Shown here piece by piece: positions 36,301 through 44,502 of a DNA stretch of 64,000 nt. The notes beneath the pieces were generated by a model that worked only from the letters and a program-made list of their open reading frames with translations, was not told the DNA's origin and ran no database searches. The translations under genes were made by a program, and so were the position numbers. Numbering within the stretch: position 1 is the first letter of the stretch; each line of letters begins with the position of its first letter. The stretch lies in IMG/VR virus record IMGVR_UViG_3300042451_000960, one strand, 5' to 3'. The stretch is from a virus. Taxonomy: Duplodnaviria; Caudoviricetes.

Positions 36301-39300
36301 TTTTTGCATATTTTATACCACCAATTGTTTCTCTTTTTTGTATTGATGTTGCAACAGATGGATAATCATAATAATATCTACCAGCTGTAATACTTCTTTC
36401 ATTACCACCATATAAAAGGTCAGTTGCTACCGCATCTACAATATATCCAACATCCCTACGGCACTTACTTTCATTATATGTTAATTGTGGATATGCAACA
36501 TTAATAAATTGAATTGTTTCGTTTTGAATTAATTCTTTATTTTGCTTTAATAAATTGTATGCAGCTTTACTTGATGTACTTGGTAATACTAAAGTATTTT
36601 TCTTTATTATATTATCAACTAAACCATAAGCATATTTTATAGCAGTTGTTGTTTGGTCTAATTGATAACCAGTTGCTTGTGATGGATATAAATAATAAAA
36701 TGTTCCCGCCTCAATACTTCTTTCGTTTCCACCATATAAAAGGTCAGTTGTCACCGCATCTAAAATATATCCCACATCTCTACTACAACTTGCTTCATTA
36801 TAATCAAAGTTTGACCAAGATGAGGAAAGGAATGTTATTACTTCATCTTTAATAAATTGCTTACTACCCGTAATCGCTTCAACAGAATCTAATACAGCTA
36901 TGGAAGGTTCTACAAATGTTTTATTTTTTAATAAATTTTCCGATAATCTTGCTGCGTATTTTACACCATCTAATGTTTGTGATTTTTGAGTATTTGTTGC
37001 TTGAGATGGTATTTCATAATAAAATCTTCCAGCAGTTATACTTCTATCGTTACCACCATATAATAAATCTAAAGCTACGGCATCAATAATATATCCAACG
37101 TCTCTTTTACAAGTTTCTTGATTATAATAAAACTCACTCCAAGATGAACTAATATAATTTATTACTTCATTTTGTATAAAAGATTTACTTCCCGTTAAAA
37201 TTTCATATGCATTTATTATATCGGTATTTTCGCTTGGTGTTAAACTTCCCGATATTGTTTCTGGATATGTTAGAGTATTTTCAATTAAATATCTTGGTGT
37301 TGTTGATGAATTTACAACACTAAATGCTCCACCTAAAGTATCATTGGTGGATGCCACATAATACAAATCATTTGGAGCATCATATGGAACTGTAAATGTA
37401 ATAGTTCCAACACTATCTCCATTATTTATTACTCCTTTATTATAATCGTATCTACTATCAATACCATCAACCTTTGCTGTTCTTATCCAAAACGGATAAT
37501 CAATACCACCAACTGCCGCCGATGCACTTATGTAAAATTTATAAGTTAAACCTCTAAATAATTTTATTGTAGGATTTTCACCAATAGTGCTATCTTCCGA
37601 ATCAATAAATTTATAAGAAGAACTATTAGTATTTGTAACAGTAAATTCTTGTTGATGATTATTTGGTATAGTTTCTATATTACTACCAGTACCTCTTGCT
37701 ATTATATTATATATTGTACTAAAACTAGCACTTACTTCGTTTATCGTAGATAGTGAAGAAGAAATACCAGTACTAAATGGTGCTGCTGTTCTGTAAATGT
37801 ATGAATTAGTATTTGTTACTAAAGTTGGTATTTGTGTTAAACCTGTTTTTAATATAGAAATTACCGTACTAAAAGATGATGATACACTTCCAGTTATTGC
37901 GTTACTTGCTACTAAAGTTGGATACTCAGGATTATTATCACTTATTTTAATCTTATACTCATTTGAAGAAGTATAGATGTAAGAACCAGTACCATCACTA
38001 AAAATACTTAATAAAGCCGCATAAGATGCACTTATATGATTTAAATTTTCTAAAGATGCAGATTGTGATGATGTAATTTGGGTTGCTCCTAAAATATTGT
38101 ACGGAGATGTAAACCCATATCCTTTTATTGATGATTTTGCCAAAAGTGTAGGATAATTATCTACACCATTTTGAACAATTTCGCTCACCAAATTATAATC
38201 AGCAACAACTTCAGCTGCTACATCAGCAGATGCTGCATTACTTCCACTTAAATAATATTGCGTAGCTACAGAAGTAGGTACAACTCTAATTCCTTCTACC
38301 GTATTAAGTGTTGTTACATCTGGTAATCCATCTAATCCTTTATTTAATACATCTACAACAACACTCCATCCCTGTCTTACTTTATCTCTACCTTCGATAA
38401 AACCACCACTACCACTAATTAAACGAGAACCAGATGCGTACATACCATATAAACCAAACGAAATGTTTGAGTTGTTTAGGGTAGCATGTCCACCATTGTT
38501 TACTCTAATTGCATAATATGAGAAGTTATTAAAGAAAGATACCAACTGAATGAATCCTCTACCATTTACCAAACACCCTACACCGTTTGGAGAAATCTGC
38601 GTATAAGCATCCAATACCATTGAAGCCAACGGAGAATCAGAATTTATCACATCACCATTAACATACAAACCACCACCACCCGGCGGAATATCTTCGTAAA
38701 GTTCGGTAAATGAATTTTCTTGGTTAGAAATCTGCGAGCAGTTTTGAATGTATGGTGAAGTTGTAATAAATGCACCAGGTTGGAAAGCAAATCCAAACCC
38801 CTTTTCAGGGTTTATTTGATCTGGATATAATCTCAATCCACCAACAGTTACCTCAGCCACATAACATCCAGAGTTTACCCAAAAAAGGTCTTCTGTGGGA
38901 TTCTTAGCATTAATTTTCGTAATACGCAAACCAGCACCCCATATTGTAGTATTCTTAGGAAGTATCACAGGATTGTCCTCTAAATACGTTCCCGCTTGAA
39001 CTTTAATTACATATCCATTATAGATAGAACCAGTATCAAAACCATATCTACCATCGTAGCCAGGTTGCGATAATGCAGCCGCTCTTTTAATTGTACGAAG
39101 TGGATATTGAATACTTCTACCATCATTATTATCATCACCATCGGTAGAAGAAACATAAAGTGTAGGTAGGTTGGCACCAAAATCTTTTGCAAGGATACCA
39201 GCATATCTTTCGGTATCAATTGCTAATTGCGATTTGGAAGCAGTTACATTTAAAGTATTATCACCAACTATTGAAAAATTACCATCAATAGTCATTGAAC

Positions 39301-39490
39301 CTGTTACAAATACTGAACCTGTAATTTCTCCTTTATCATTCAACGAATCGCCTAAAAAGAAATCATTATCTATTTGTATAGAACCACTAGAAAAAATACT
39401 TCCACCAACAATTAAATCTTGTCTAACCGTCAGCGAACCACTTATATCCTGTTGTTCTTCAATCTGTTTACGAGGTATCAGTCTTGCCAT
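30314..39490 (-). CDS. 3058-aa tailspike-like protein: pectin-lyase-like beta-helix ends enclosing 15 phycobiliprotein/globin-like repeats
   Basis: N-terminal LYVS..GDD.NDG...RTIKRA and SPYIQNC...SMV.DAYTQ...QLVS.F...SN.SFG.YG motifs. C-terminal GGRIFFTS..QDGDFRIG...INQ.TG...F.KSL...VTP motif. 15 copies of C.RD.G.I.D....DL.(Y/F)GG. Confidence 0.85.
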   Translation of the reverse strand: MARLIPRKQIEEQQDISGSLTVRQDLIVGGSIFSSGSIQIDNDFFLGDSLNDKGEITGSVFVTGSMTIDGNFSIVGDNTLNVTASKSQLAIDTERYAGILAKDFGANLPTLYVSSTDGDDNNDGRSIQYPLRTIKRAAALSQPGYDGRYGFDTGSIYNGYVIKVQAGTYLEDNPVILPKNTTIWGAGLRITKINAKNPTEDLFWVNSGCYVAEVTVGGLRLYPDQINPEKGFGFAFQPGAFITTSPYIQNCSQISNQENSFTELYEDIPPGGGGLYVNGDVINSDSPLASMVLDAYTQISPNGVGCLVNGRGFIQLVSFFNNFSYYAIRVNNGGHATLNNSNISFGLYGMYASGSRLISGSGGFIEGRDKVRQGWSVVVDVLNKGLDGLPDVTTLNTVEGIRVVPTSVATQYYLSGSNAASADVAAEVVADYNLVSEIVQNGVDNYPTLLAKSSIKGYGFTSPYNILGATQITSSQSASLENLNHISASYAALLSIFSDGTGSYIYTSSNEYKIKISDNNPEYPTLVASNAITGSVSSSFSTVISILKTGLTQIPTLVTNTNSYIYRTAAPFSTGISSSLSTINEVSASFSTIYNIIARGTGSNIETIPNNHQQEFTVTNTNSSSYKFIDSEDSTIGENPTIKLFRGLTYKFYISASAAVGGIDYPFWIRTAKVDGIDSRYDYNKGVINNGDSVGTITFTVPYDAPNDLYYVASTNDTLGGAFSVVNSSTTPRYLIENTLTYPETISGSLTPSENTDIINAYEILTGSKSFIQNEVINYISSSWSEFYYNQETCKRDVGYIIDAVALDLLYGGNDRSITAGRFYYEIPSQATNTQKSQTLDGVKYAARLSENLLKNKTFVEPSIAVLDSVEAITGSKQFIKDEVITFLSSSWSNFDYNEASCSRDVGYILDAVTTDLLYGGNERSIEAGTFYYLYPSQATGYQLDQTTTAIKYAYGLVDNIIKKNTLVLPSTSSKAAYNLLKQNKELIQNETIQFINVAYPQLTYNESKCRRDVGYIVDAVATDLLYGGNERSITAGRYYYDYPSVATSIQKRETIGGIKYAKIIGDYIAQNILLDTPRIITNVEKGIKITNQIHYSSSFSGSITEQNSISSSFSIIEGVIKRGPNNVNSVLAQHNNQNWSLTNPINISGGTQITSTTSSANLTSSLESKFGIVTTIINSGSSYYPAISSSYSSSIKVTNNGQYTGSVATSVEATAISSSFALVSRIISNGTGSLPSIVLNTSASIKVTNATQYSGSGATDTQSSLVSSSFSIVTKIIEGGLGVVPTMVLNSAGNVKVTSTPQYISSSFSGSNVEALLVSQSISLVCDIISGVNQYTNSLSLPTSSYVVASNDINVYYAYNLLKQNINFIKDETIAYLSASWYGFSYDQEKCKRDVGLIVSGAAEDLLFGSLSASLVNGRFYLEYPSAATGSQLNQTIDGIKFASKLAQKVIKNTQLSLPTFDVLNASNLLFENRHFVQSESIAYLSSSWGEFEYNDQTCKRDIGHIIDAARTDLIYGGNERAITAGKYYFLYPSAATGSQLIQTLDGINYASKVSQKVVKNIIFETASINKRNASFLLEKNKNFIANEVVAYVSSSWSTVYYNEAKCKRDVKYIIDAVRTDLVYGGNERSITAGKFYYIYPSSATIGGVPSATNQLDPTITGIHYGSGLSQKIVLGDVFVTASNEAKNVNNLLKQNRSLIRTETIEYIRAFYPYLLYNEASCSRDVGFILDSVGTDILYGGNERSAASGLYYYKFPSLATTSAQKKETIDAINYVKEVAKRVVTNDVLDTVTFETNTTNNIKVGNVAQYTSSYSASQSQISNVSSSFSLVTQIIEGGLDVIPTKVTNTNAAIKVTSEIIVSSSISASNLEVGKTTSSFNLIRDIIYNGSASLPDSLVSNFNYGFELIPPTLWHISSITQSLGSGTYNTQVSNVSSSYANIINIVNNGTASLQTLVANASSSIKTTSAVYNQLGSGSTNEVNRIVNLYNIVLDIIEDGITKIPTLISNTSASIKVTTTPQIISGSGAQRLQAKLISSSFALVVDLLQNNGTSSIEYIPTSSANTNSKVTSAYNLLLDNKQMIIDETISYMSSSWSTFVYDQSKCERDLGLIISGAAFDLIYGSNSASLVNGKYYFESASAATGSQLDQTITAIKYASGISEKVVQNIVLQHISSSLLQPASSSWSALRANKHFIQSESIAYLSSSWQGFDYNETTCKRDIGYIVDAVATDLLYGGNERSLVAGRYYYDYPSQATDSQLEPTLTGVRYAKGLSRMIVSGSSFVSPDSNNQYAYNLVKNNKTFIQEETVAFVNAKWPDLDYIESKCKRDVGYIVDAVATDLLYGGNERSNKAGEFYYLYPSLAITSEQKSETTQAIDYARRLTGEIINSNLISTPQVIPNGSASTDPNVLATYDLLINNKPFIQAETIAYVSSSWVGFQYNEASCSRDVGFIIDAVATDILYSGNESSANAGIVYFLTASAATGSQLEQTVSAIDFAKGLAVNVIQNIQFTTASQSVSASVELLRRNREFIQEETMQYLTASWSTFDYNKEKCRRDVGHIVDGVATDLLYGGNERSIESGEFYYKYPSQATTTQLRQTNEAIDFASRISQKIIQNIVFQTASLEVSASFDLLRKNKPLIQAETIAYVSSSWSTVYYNEASCSRDVGYLIDAAATDLLYGGKERSVTAGLYYYYFPSKATVAGVPSESNQLDPTITGVKYAGRLSTKIITNPTFTSPTSSYLNGRELLSLNKNFIQKETITFLSSSWSTLKYNEVSCSRDIGFIIDAIKTDLVYGGNERSIEAGSYYYKIPSVAIKPSYTDNGTIGQKNQTVDGINYAKGVSEKIVLQTQLTFATQRRRQSVERLRGAKDELKQRAISYTNGAFPYLIYNEASCSRDTGLIVDAVATDLLYGGNERSVAAASSYFNGQFGNAGEVIFKQRLETLETNRYLRTRAEFIAAGASLEPFGSLIVATGIDYSYNGSGVTFKALPPNQGGSGAANPAFEITELGGGRIFFTSGNQDGDFRIGTGLSINQATGTLVGRTFSKSLFSLVTPFSLALQI
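30620..37211 (-). repeat. 15 ~110-aa helical repeats with invariant C-x-R-D, in clusters of 3, 4 and 8 separated by Ser-rich spacer repeats
   Basis: Motif instances in order: TCKRD, SCSRD, KCRRD, KCKRD, TCKRD, KCKRD, SCSRD, KCERD, TCKRD, KCKRD, SCSRD, KCRRD, SCSRD, SCSRD, SCSRD. Confidence 0.92.
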
Positions 39491-39876
39491 TATACTACTT
39501 CTGCTATTTTACCTTTTATTTCAAAATTGCTAACTAATACATCGGCCGGAACTCTTGTAATAGCTTGATTAAATGTAACAATTATATTATTATTCCCAAA
39601 ACTGACATCATATCGGTTTTGTGGCTGTTTAACTCCAAATAAATATACATCAATATAATCCTTCACTTTATCTACTTGTAAATTATCTACTATAAATCTC
39701 TTATTAAATAAAGAAAGTGTAAATAATTCTCCAGTTTCATCTAAACTAATTGCATTTGGATTAAATTGATAAATAAATGTATCAGTAACTACACCAGTTA
39801 CAAATGATTTAAAATCCATTCTATCTCTTTTTTTAAGAGTAGTTCCTAATTCTATATTTGGTGTTGTTCTATTCAT
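39490..39876 (-). CDS. Hypothetical virion protein (small beta module)
   Basis: Coupled by overlaps to both neighbours. Shares D.Y..G...Y....I...F...I.GK with the next two genes. Confidence 0.7.
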   Translation of the reverse strand: MNRTTPNIELGTTLKKRDRMDFKSFVTGVVTDTFIYQFNPNAISLDETGELFTLSLFNKRFIVDNLQVDKVKDYIDVYLFGVKQPQNRYDVSFGNNNIIVTFNQAITRVPADVLVSNFEIKGKIAEVV

Positions 39877-40241
39877 AAATCAGTATTATCTATATTTTCA
39901 ACATCTCCATTTATTTTAACCTCATCGGTTTCATCAATTATATATGGGTTTCCAAAACGGTCAAATTCAGGAAATTTTTCTCTCTTAAATTTTATATAAA
40001 AATCATTATTTATATTTTGAAAATAATAATCTTCTTCTCTTATAAATAATCCATTTACAAATACATCAAATCTTGCAATTGGTTTTCTAAATTCTTCTAA
40101 TTTTGAAAATAAAGTTTTTATTCTTACATTTTCTATTTTGAAAATCCAAAAATTAGGATGTTGCAAATCAAATGGTTCTGCAACGAACTCATTTGGTGCA
40201 TTAACCTCTTTCATAATATTTTTTAATTGTCTTATATTCAT
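39873..40241 (-). CDS. Hypothetical virion protein (small beta module)
   Basis: RFDVFVNG...Y...F.I.F...DEVKINGD motif; ATGA overlap with the downstream gene. Confidence 0.7.
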   Translation of the reverse strand: MNIRQLKNIMKEVNAPNEFVAEPFDLQHPNFWIFKIENVRIKTLFSKLEEFRKPIARFDVFVNGLFIREEDYYFQNINNDFYIKFKREKFPEFDRFGNPYIIDETDEVKINGDVENIDNTDL

Positions 40242-40242
40242 A

Positions 40243-41304
40243 TTATAATTGTTGGAATTTTCCTGTTATTGCAATTTCATCATTATCATCTAATACAAAT
40301 GCTAATCCAGTAAAAGTAAATAATAATTGATTAGCTACTCCATCAAAAGTATATGTGTATTTATCAGGAGAAATAAAATCTCCATTTATATAAATTCTAA
40401 ACCAATTTAAAACATCAAAAGATTCTGCTAAAACAGGTGGTAGAATTGGTATTCTAACATTTGTTAATCTAGCAGTATTTGCTGTTACAAATTCTGCTAA
40501 TTGAGAACCTCTGATTGCAACAAAATCAATTATATCTGCATATTCATTATAAAGAGATGGTTGTGTAAATAAGTTTCCTGTTAAATCAGTTTCAACACCA
40601 AACACAACTCTTTTTGGACTATATGATTTTTTAATTGTAGGTTTTTCATTATATCTTTCAGGCAATAAGTAAGCGTTTACAACCATAGTAAACGTTGTAC
40701 GAATTACTCTTTCAGAACCCTGTCCAACTTCTTGCTGATTTTCAAATGAATCAATTTGTGCTTTAAATTTGAATCCATCTTCTTTACCCCAATATCTTCC
40801 TGTTGCAAATTGGAATGCTTCAACTATTTTATTCATATGTTCGGTAAAAGAAGTCCAAATCATTACTTCATATGTAATTGTTACATAATCAGGTACAGTT
40901 ATACTATACAATTCATAAGCAGGTGTTACTCCATTTTGTAAACTAAATCTTTCGTATCTATTTTTTGGAGAATATTTTTTATAAGTACCAATTGTATTTA
41001 CTTCTCTAAAGTTTGCAAGAGACTCATTTCTTTCAATTGAATTTCTTTTGAACATTACCAAAGGAATTTGTATTTTACCTCTTTGGTCTCTTAAGTATCC
41101 TTCTTTTCTAGCACCTGCCCATCGTTCAGCATTACCATACACAAGAGGAACTCTTACAACCTTTTCATTTTCTTCCAAATCAGGTATTACCACATCCCCC
41201 ATATATTCGGCAATAGCAGTATCAACATCAATAAGTTTTACACCTTTTATGAACTCCTTTTGTATTGGTAGTTGTTTGGCTCTATTTGTTTGTTTTTTAT
41301 CCAT
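40243..41304 (-). CDS. Tail completion / sheath-stabiliser protein (T4 gp15-like) with C-terminal extension
   Basis: VPLVYG..ERW...RD..GKIQIP.VMF.R and VPDYVTITYE..IWT motifs; lies after the neck genes. Confidence 0.7.
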   Translation of the reverse strand: MDKKQTNRAKQLPIQKEFIKGVKLIDVDTAIAEYMGDVVIPDLEENEKVVRVPLVYGNAERWAGARKEGYLRDQRGKIQIPLVMFKRNSIERNESLANFREVNTIGTYKKYSPKNRYERFSLQNGVTPAYELYSITVPDYVTITYEVMIWTSFTEHMNKIVEAFQFATGRYWGKEDGFKFKAQIDSFENQQEVGQGSERVIRTTFTMVVNAYLLPERYNEKPTIKKSYSPKRVVFGVETDLTGNLFTQPSLYNEYADIIDFVAIRGSQLAEFVTANTARLTNVRIPILPPVLAESFDVLNWFRIYINGDFISPDKYTYTFDGVANQLLFTFTGLAFVLDDNDEIAITGKFQQL

Positions 41305-41771
41305 TATACCACTCTCATTTCAGTTTGAATACTACTTCTTCTAGTCATAAATGTAGAACATGTGATAGAGAACTTTTCACCATCTCCTGTTTCAACCCTA
41401 CCACCAATTAAAAAATCTTCAGTTACATTATCAATTTCAAAATACGCCTCATTATGAAAAATAATATCACCAACTTCCGGATAGAATCCCTTATCTTTTA
41501 ATGTAAATCTATTAAAACGAAATTCTACATTTTGATTAGCATCAACACCAAATCCTTCGTAGTTTGCTGTTGTATCATCTCTTTGAATAATTGCTGTGCA
41601 CTCTACACCTTGATAATATGTTTTATTTAGGGATTCTCCATAAAGATTTGTCTTGCTATCTTCAATAACAAGTTTATAGAGAACTACCGCAGTTTCAATT
41701 ACCGCATCTACTAACTCTCTAGAAATTCCCTCAAAAAATTTTATATCTCTCGCTAATGCAAACCTTGCCAT
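41304..41771 (-). CDS. Neck / head-closure protein (gp14-like)
   Basis: TNLYGES...F.F.R..L......PEVGDII.....YFEI pattern; lies between neck and tail-completion genes. Confidence 0.65.
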   Translation of the reverse strand: MARFALARDIKFFEGISRELVDAVIETAVVLYKLVIEDSKTNLYGESLNKTYYQGVECTAIIQRDDTTANYEGFGVDANQNVEFRFNRFTLKDKGFYPEVGDIIFHNEAYFEIDNVTEDFLIGGRVETGDGEKFSITCSTFMTRRSSIQTEMRVV

Positions 41772-41775
41772 AATA

Positions 41776-42942
41776 TTATCCTATATAGATTGGAAGTGGA
41801 ACTTTTCGTAACATTTCTTGATGAGCATTCGTTTCGGTATTTCGATTTTCAAACTGCTTTGTTCTACTTAATTCTTCTAGTGTTTCTCTAAGCTGAGTCA
41901 TTAAGGATTCTTTTTCAGTTTGTGCTTCAGCTCTCAATGCAGCTCCATCCAAACTAACTTCGGAACCAGGTATAGGAATATTAGAGTATTTTTCTCTAAC
42001 AGCTCCTAGCAATTCTTTTACCAATGCTAAACAATATTTTCTAATCCATTGTTTACCCACATCATTAATACCACCATATTCCATAAAATCATAAGGTATA
42101 TCAGAATAATCAGAAATTACGTTTGGAGTAATGTTAGTTGAATTAGCTACAAATTCATCTCTTACAAAATAATCAAAATATAATTTTCCATAAAGATTTA
42201 CATGTTGCGAGGTTGGTCTTGGAAATACTCTAATTTTACCATTAACAATATTAAATGTAAATGCCGATTTTCTGAATTGGTCATTAAATTCAATAGCTTG
42301 TATTCTTAACATATCTTCAAATATCGGCATCAATATAAATTGTGCTGCCGGTGAATATGAACCAAATCCAAATTCATCAATCAAATTTAAAGTACCTTGT
42401 CCACTTACCGAATAAGGGTCAAAGAATCTATTAATTGCTGGTACTGGTTCGTGAAATACTTTTACAATTTCTATACGTTTTCCACTTTCAGAAACCGCTG
42501 CCCACAATGTATCTAAATCATATTCTTGTTGACCAGGAACTAATTCAACAAATCCTTTCTTAATATCAGTATTACCACCAACTCCGGCTAATGTACCATA
42601 CGCATCGGAAATACCTATTAGTGTTGGTAAATTTGAACCTTGTACTAATTTACTTGATAAATTTGTAGATTTAGATTTTCCTCTAAGAGTATCTAAATTA
42701 TTACGAATGTTAAATTGATTTACTTGTGCTCCGTATTCAGATACCGATTCTTCAAGACACGCATAAAAATTTTCATCAATTAATTCTATGTTTTGAATAG
42801 GATAACCCAATCTTCTAGCGCACCAAAGTGCCACTTTTGGGGCTTCCTCTTGAAACTCATAATCGTTATCATATATTCCAAAGGGGGTTTGCCCTGGGAA
42901 AAACGAAGATGAACCAGGATATATTAATGTTTCTAATGCCAT
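41776..42942 (-). CDS. Neck / head-tail connector protein (gp13-like)
   Basis: RRLGYPI..IEL...; WIRKY.LAL.KE.LG..R.KY..IP.PG.EVSLDG..L..EA motif. Confidence 0.8.
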   Translation of the reverse strand: MALETLIYPGSSSFFPGQTPFGIYDNDYEFQEEAPKVALWCARRLGYPIQNIELIDENFYACLEESVSEYGAQVNQFNIRNNLDTLRGKSKSTNLSSKLVQGSNLPTLIGISDAYGTLAGVGGNTDIKKGFVELVPGQQEYDLDTLWAAVSESGKRIEIVKVFHEPVPAINRFFDPYSVSGQGTLNLIDEFGFGSYSPAAQFILMPIFEDMLRIQAIEFNDQFRKSAFTFNIVNGKIRVFPRPTSQHVNLYGKLYFDYFVRDEFVANSTNITPNVISDYSDIPYDFMEYGGINDVGKQWIRKYCLALVKELLGAVREKYSNIPIPGSEVSLDGAALRAEAQTEKESLMTQLRETLEELSRTKQFENRNTETNAHQEMLRKVPLPIYIG

Positions 42943-42968
42943 TATAAGTACTTATTTTAAACGTTACC

Positions 42969-42977
42969 TATAAATAT
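42969..42977 (-). promoter_or_regulatory. ATATTTATA putative late-promoter motif
   Basis: Exact 9-mer ~27 nt upstream of the neck gene start. Confidence 0.6.
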
Positions 42978-43009
42978 TAGAAATAGTAAGATTAGTAATT
43001 TAATGAGGA

Positions 43010-43405
43010 TTAATTATCCAATTGTGTCCACTGTCCACCATTCCATCCGTAGAAATGAAAATCGGTAGTATTAAAATAAAGTGCTCCAGACGTTGGTGAA
43101 GTTGGTGCAGTTGAGTGATTTGGTAATACTACAATTGAGTTACTACCACTAATATTTAACGAACCTGTTATAGTTTGATTTCCATTAAATTGATTTGAAC
43201 CAGTTGTTGTAAACGAAGAACTATCTATTGAAAACCCAGAAGTACCAGATGTTCCATCTCTACCACTAACTCCCGCTTGTGATATTGTTAATTGTGGTTG
43301 AGAAATTTGGACATTAATATTAGTTATAGCATTTTCTACCGCTACATTAGTCTTTGGGACTTCAACTTGGACAGTTGTTATATCTTTTTTTATTTCTACG
43401 GACAT
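43010..43405 (-). CDS. Short fibre-like virion protein
   Basis: Short GTSG stretch, then P..G.LYFNTT...FYGWNG..W fibre motif. Confidence 0.7.
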   Translation of the reverse strand: MSVEIKKDITTVQVEVPKTNVAVENAITNINVQISQPQLTISQAGVSGRDGTSGTSGFSIDSSSFTTTGSNQFNGNQTITGSLNISGSNSIVVLPNHSTAPTSPTSGALYFNTTDFHFYGWNGGQWTQLDN

Positions 43406-43408
43406 TTC

Positions 43409-43786
43409 TTACTTAGTTACGTTTTTAGATAACTTAACTTTACCTTCTAATAATCTCGTAACTTCATTTCCTTTTACCATTTCCAAATCGTAAAGTGCTT
43501 CACCAAAATCTAAAAGCGATGAAGATACTGCAGATATATACACTGCTATTGAACCAGAAGATAATGGTGTTGTTCCATTAGAGCCACTTAAATTAATACC
43601 AGTACCATCCGCTTTTAGGGATGATGATAATGAAATTAGCGGTGCTGAATTATAATCAGTTCTTAACTGCATTCTTGCATTGTAGCCCGATAGATTAACT
43701 GCCGAGCCACTTTCATCTGCCCAATTTATTTGAAAATTAGTAGTTGCACCTTGTTCTATAATAAAAGAATATTTACCTGCTGCCAT
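43409..43786 (-). CDS. Conserved phage Ig/BppU-like virion protein
   Basis: IEQGAT.......VNLSGY.ARMQLR...YDLEM.....VTRLLEGKV.LS..VT pattern. Confidence 0.7.
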   Translation of the reverse strand: MAAGKYSFIIEQGATTNFQINWADESGSAVNLSGYNARMQLRTDYNSAPLISLSSSLKADGTGINLSGSNGTTPLSSGSIAVYISAVSSSLLDFGEALYDLEMVKGNEVTRLLEGKVKLSKNVTK

Positions 43787-43806
43787 ATATTTAGTGTGTT
43801 TACCAC

Positions 43807-43815
43807 TATAAATAT
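43807..43815 (-). promoter_or_regulatory. ATATTTATA putative late-promoter motif
   Basis: Exact 9-mer just downstream of a terminator and ~20 nt before the 43786 start. Confidence 0.6.
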
Positions 43816-43840
43816 AATGAATGGTGAAAGGGATAAAAAT

Positions 43841-43866
43841 AAAAAAAGGAGATAATTCTCCCTTTA
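43841..43866 (-). terminator. Intrinsic terminator
   Basis: Minus strand GGAGA-ATTA-TCTCC followed by a T-run, right after the 43875 stop. Confidence 0.65.
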
Positions 43867-43874
43867 ATCATTTT

Positions 43875-44105
43875 TTAGTTTCTAGCATTTCTATTTAGAG
43901 AACCGCTTGGATATGCTAATTCGTATGCTTTATTTGAAGATGAACCAGCATTCATAGCGCTCATATAAATTGCTTTAGATGCTGATGCTTGAAATGCTTG
44001 TTGTATAGTTGGTGCTGTTACCAATGATGATGTAACTTTACCAAAAATCATTGCTTTTATTTCAATTTCTGATATTGTACCATCATTATTATAAAATAAT
44101 GCCAT
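43875..44105 (-). CDS. Small hypothetical protein (possible capsid decoration)
   Basis: 76 aa, Ser/Ala-rich, downstream of the capsid gene. Confidence 0.6.
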   Translation of the reverse strand: MALFYNNDGTISEIEIKAMIFGKVTSSLVTAPTIQQAFQASASKAIYMSAMNAGSSSNKAYELAYPSGSLNRNARN

Positions 44106-44124
44106 ATCTTAATTCATTTAATAA

Positions 44125-44445
44125 TTAAACTAATCTTACTTTAATAGTTCCGCTTGTATGATATAAACCACCAACAGGTACACCAGCACTTGCAGCTGCT
44201 CCATCATTTGCACAACTTCCTGTTATTGATGCAAATGGTGATAATGCATTTAATTTTGCGTTTGTAGTATTTTTATCTTCATCAGTAGCAAATGTTGCAT
44301 CTACAACTGTATTTAAATTTGTATCTCCTGCAATCATTACAGGTTTTGAACCAGGATTTCTTCCAAATGGATTTGATGCTCCGTATTTGTCAATGTAAGC
44401 TTGTTGTTGAGCTGTGTAAGTTGGTGTCCCCTTTACTTGTCCCAT
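44125..44445 (-). CDS. Small head-fibre/decoration-like protein
   Basis: C-terminal A.D.AAA.AGVPVGGLY.T....KVR motif; has its own ATATTTATA motif upstream. Confidence 0.65.
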   Translation of the reverse strand: MGQVKGTPTYTAQQQAYIDKYGASNPFGRNPGSKPVMIAGDTNLNTVVDATFATDEDKNTTNAKLNALSPFASITGSCANDGAAASAGVPVGGLYHTSGTIKVRLV

Positions 44446-44485
44446 TTTAATTTTATTTTTATAATTTAAAATGTAACAATTCTCT

Positions 44486-44494
44486 TATAAATAT
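44486..44494 (-). promoter_or_regulatory. ATATTTATA putative late-promoter motif
   Basis: Exact 9-mer just downstream of the capsid terminator. Confidence 0.6.
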
Positions 44495-44502
44495 TATCAA
44501 AT

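Noticed and set aside
30314-39490. Cyanophage assignment or photosynthetic auxiliary gene based on phycobiliprotein-like repeats
   Set aside because: The repeats are embedded in a structural tailspike-like protein, there are no photosynthesis genes here, and promoter/RBS features point to Bacteroidota.
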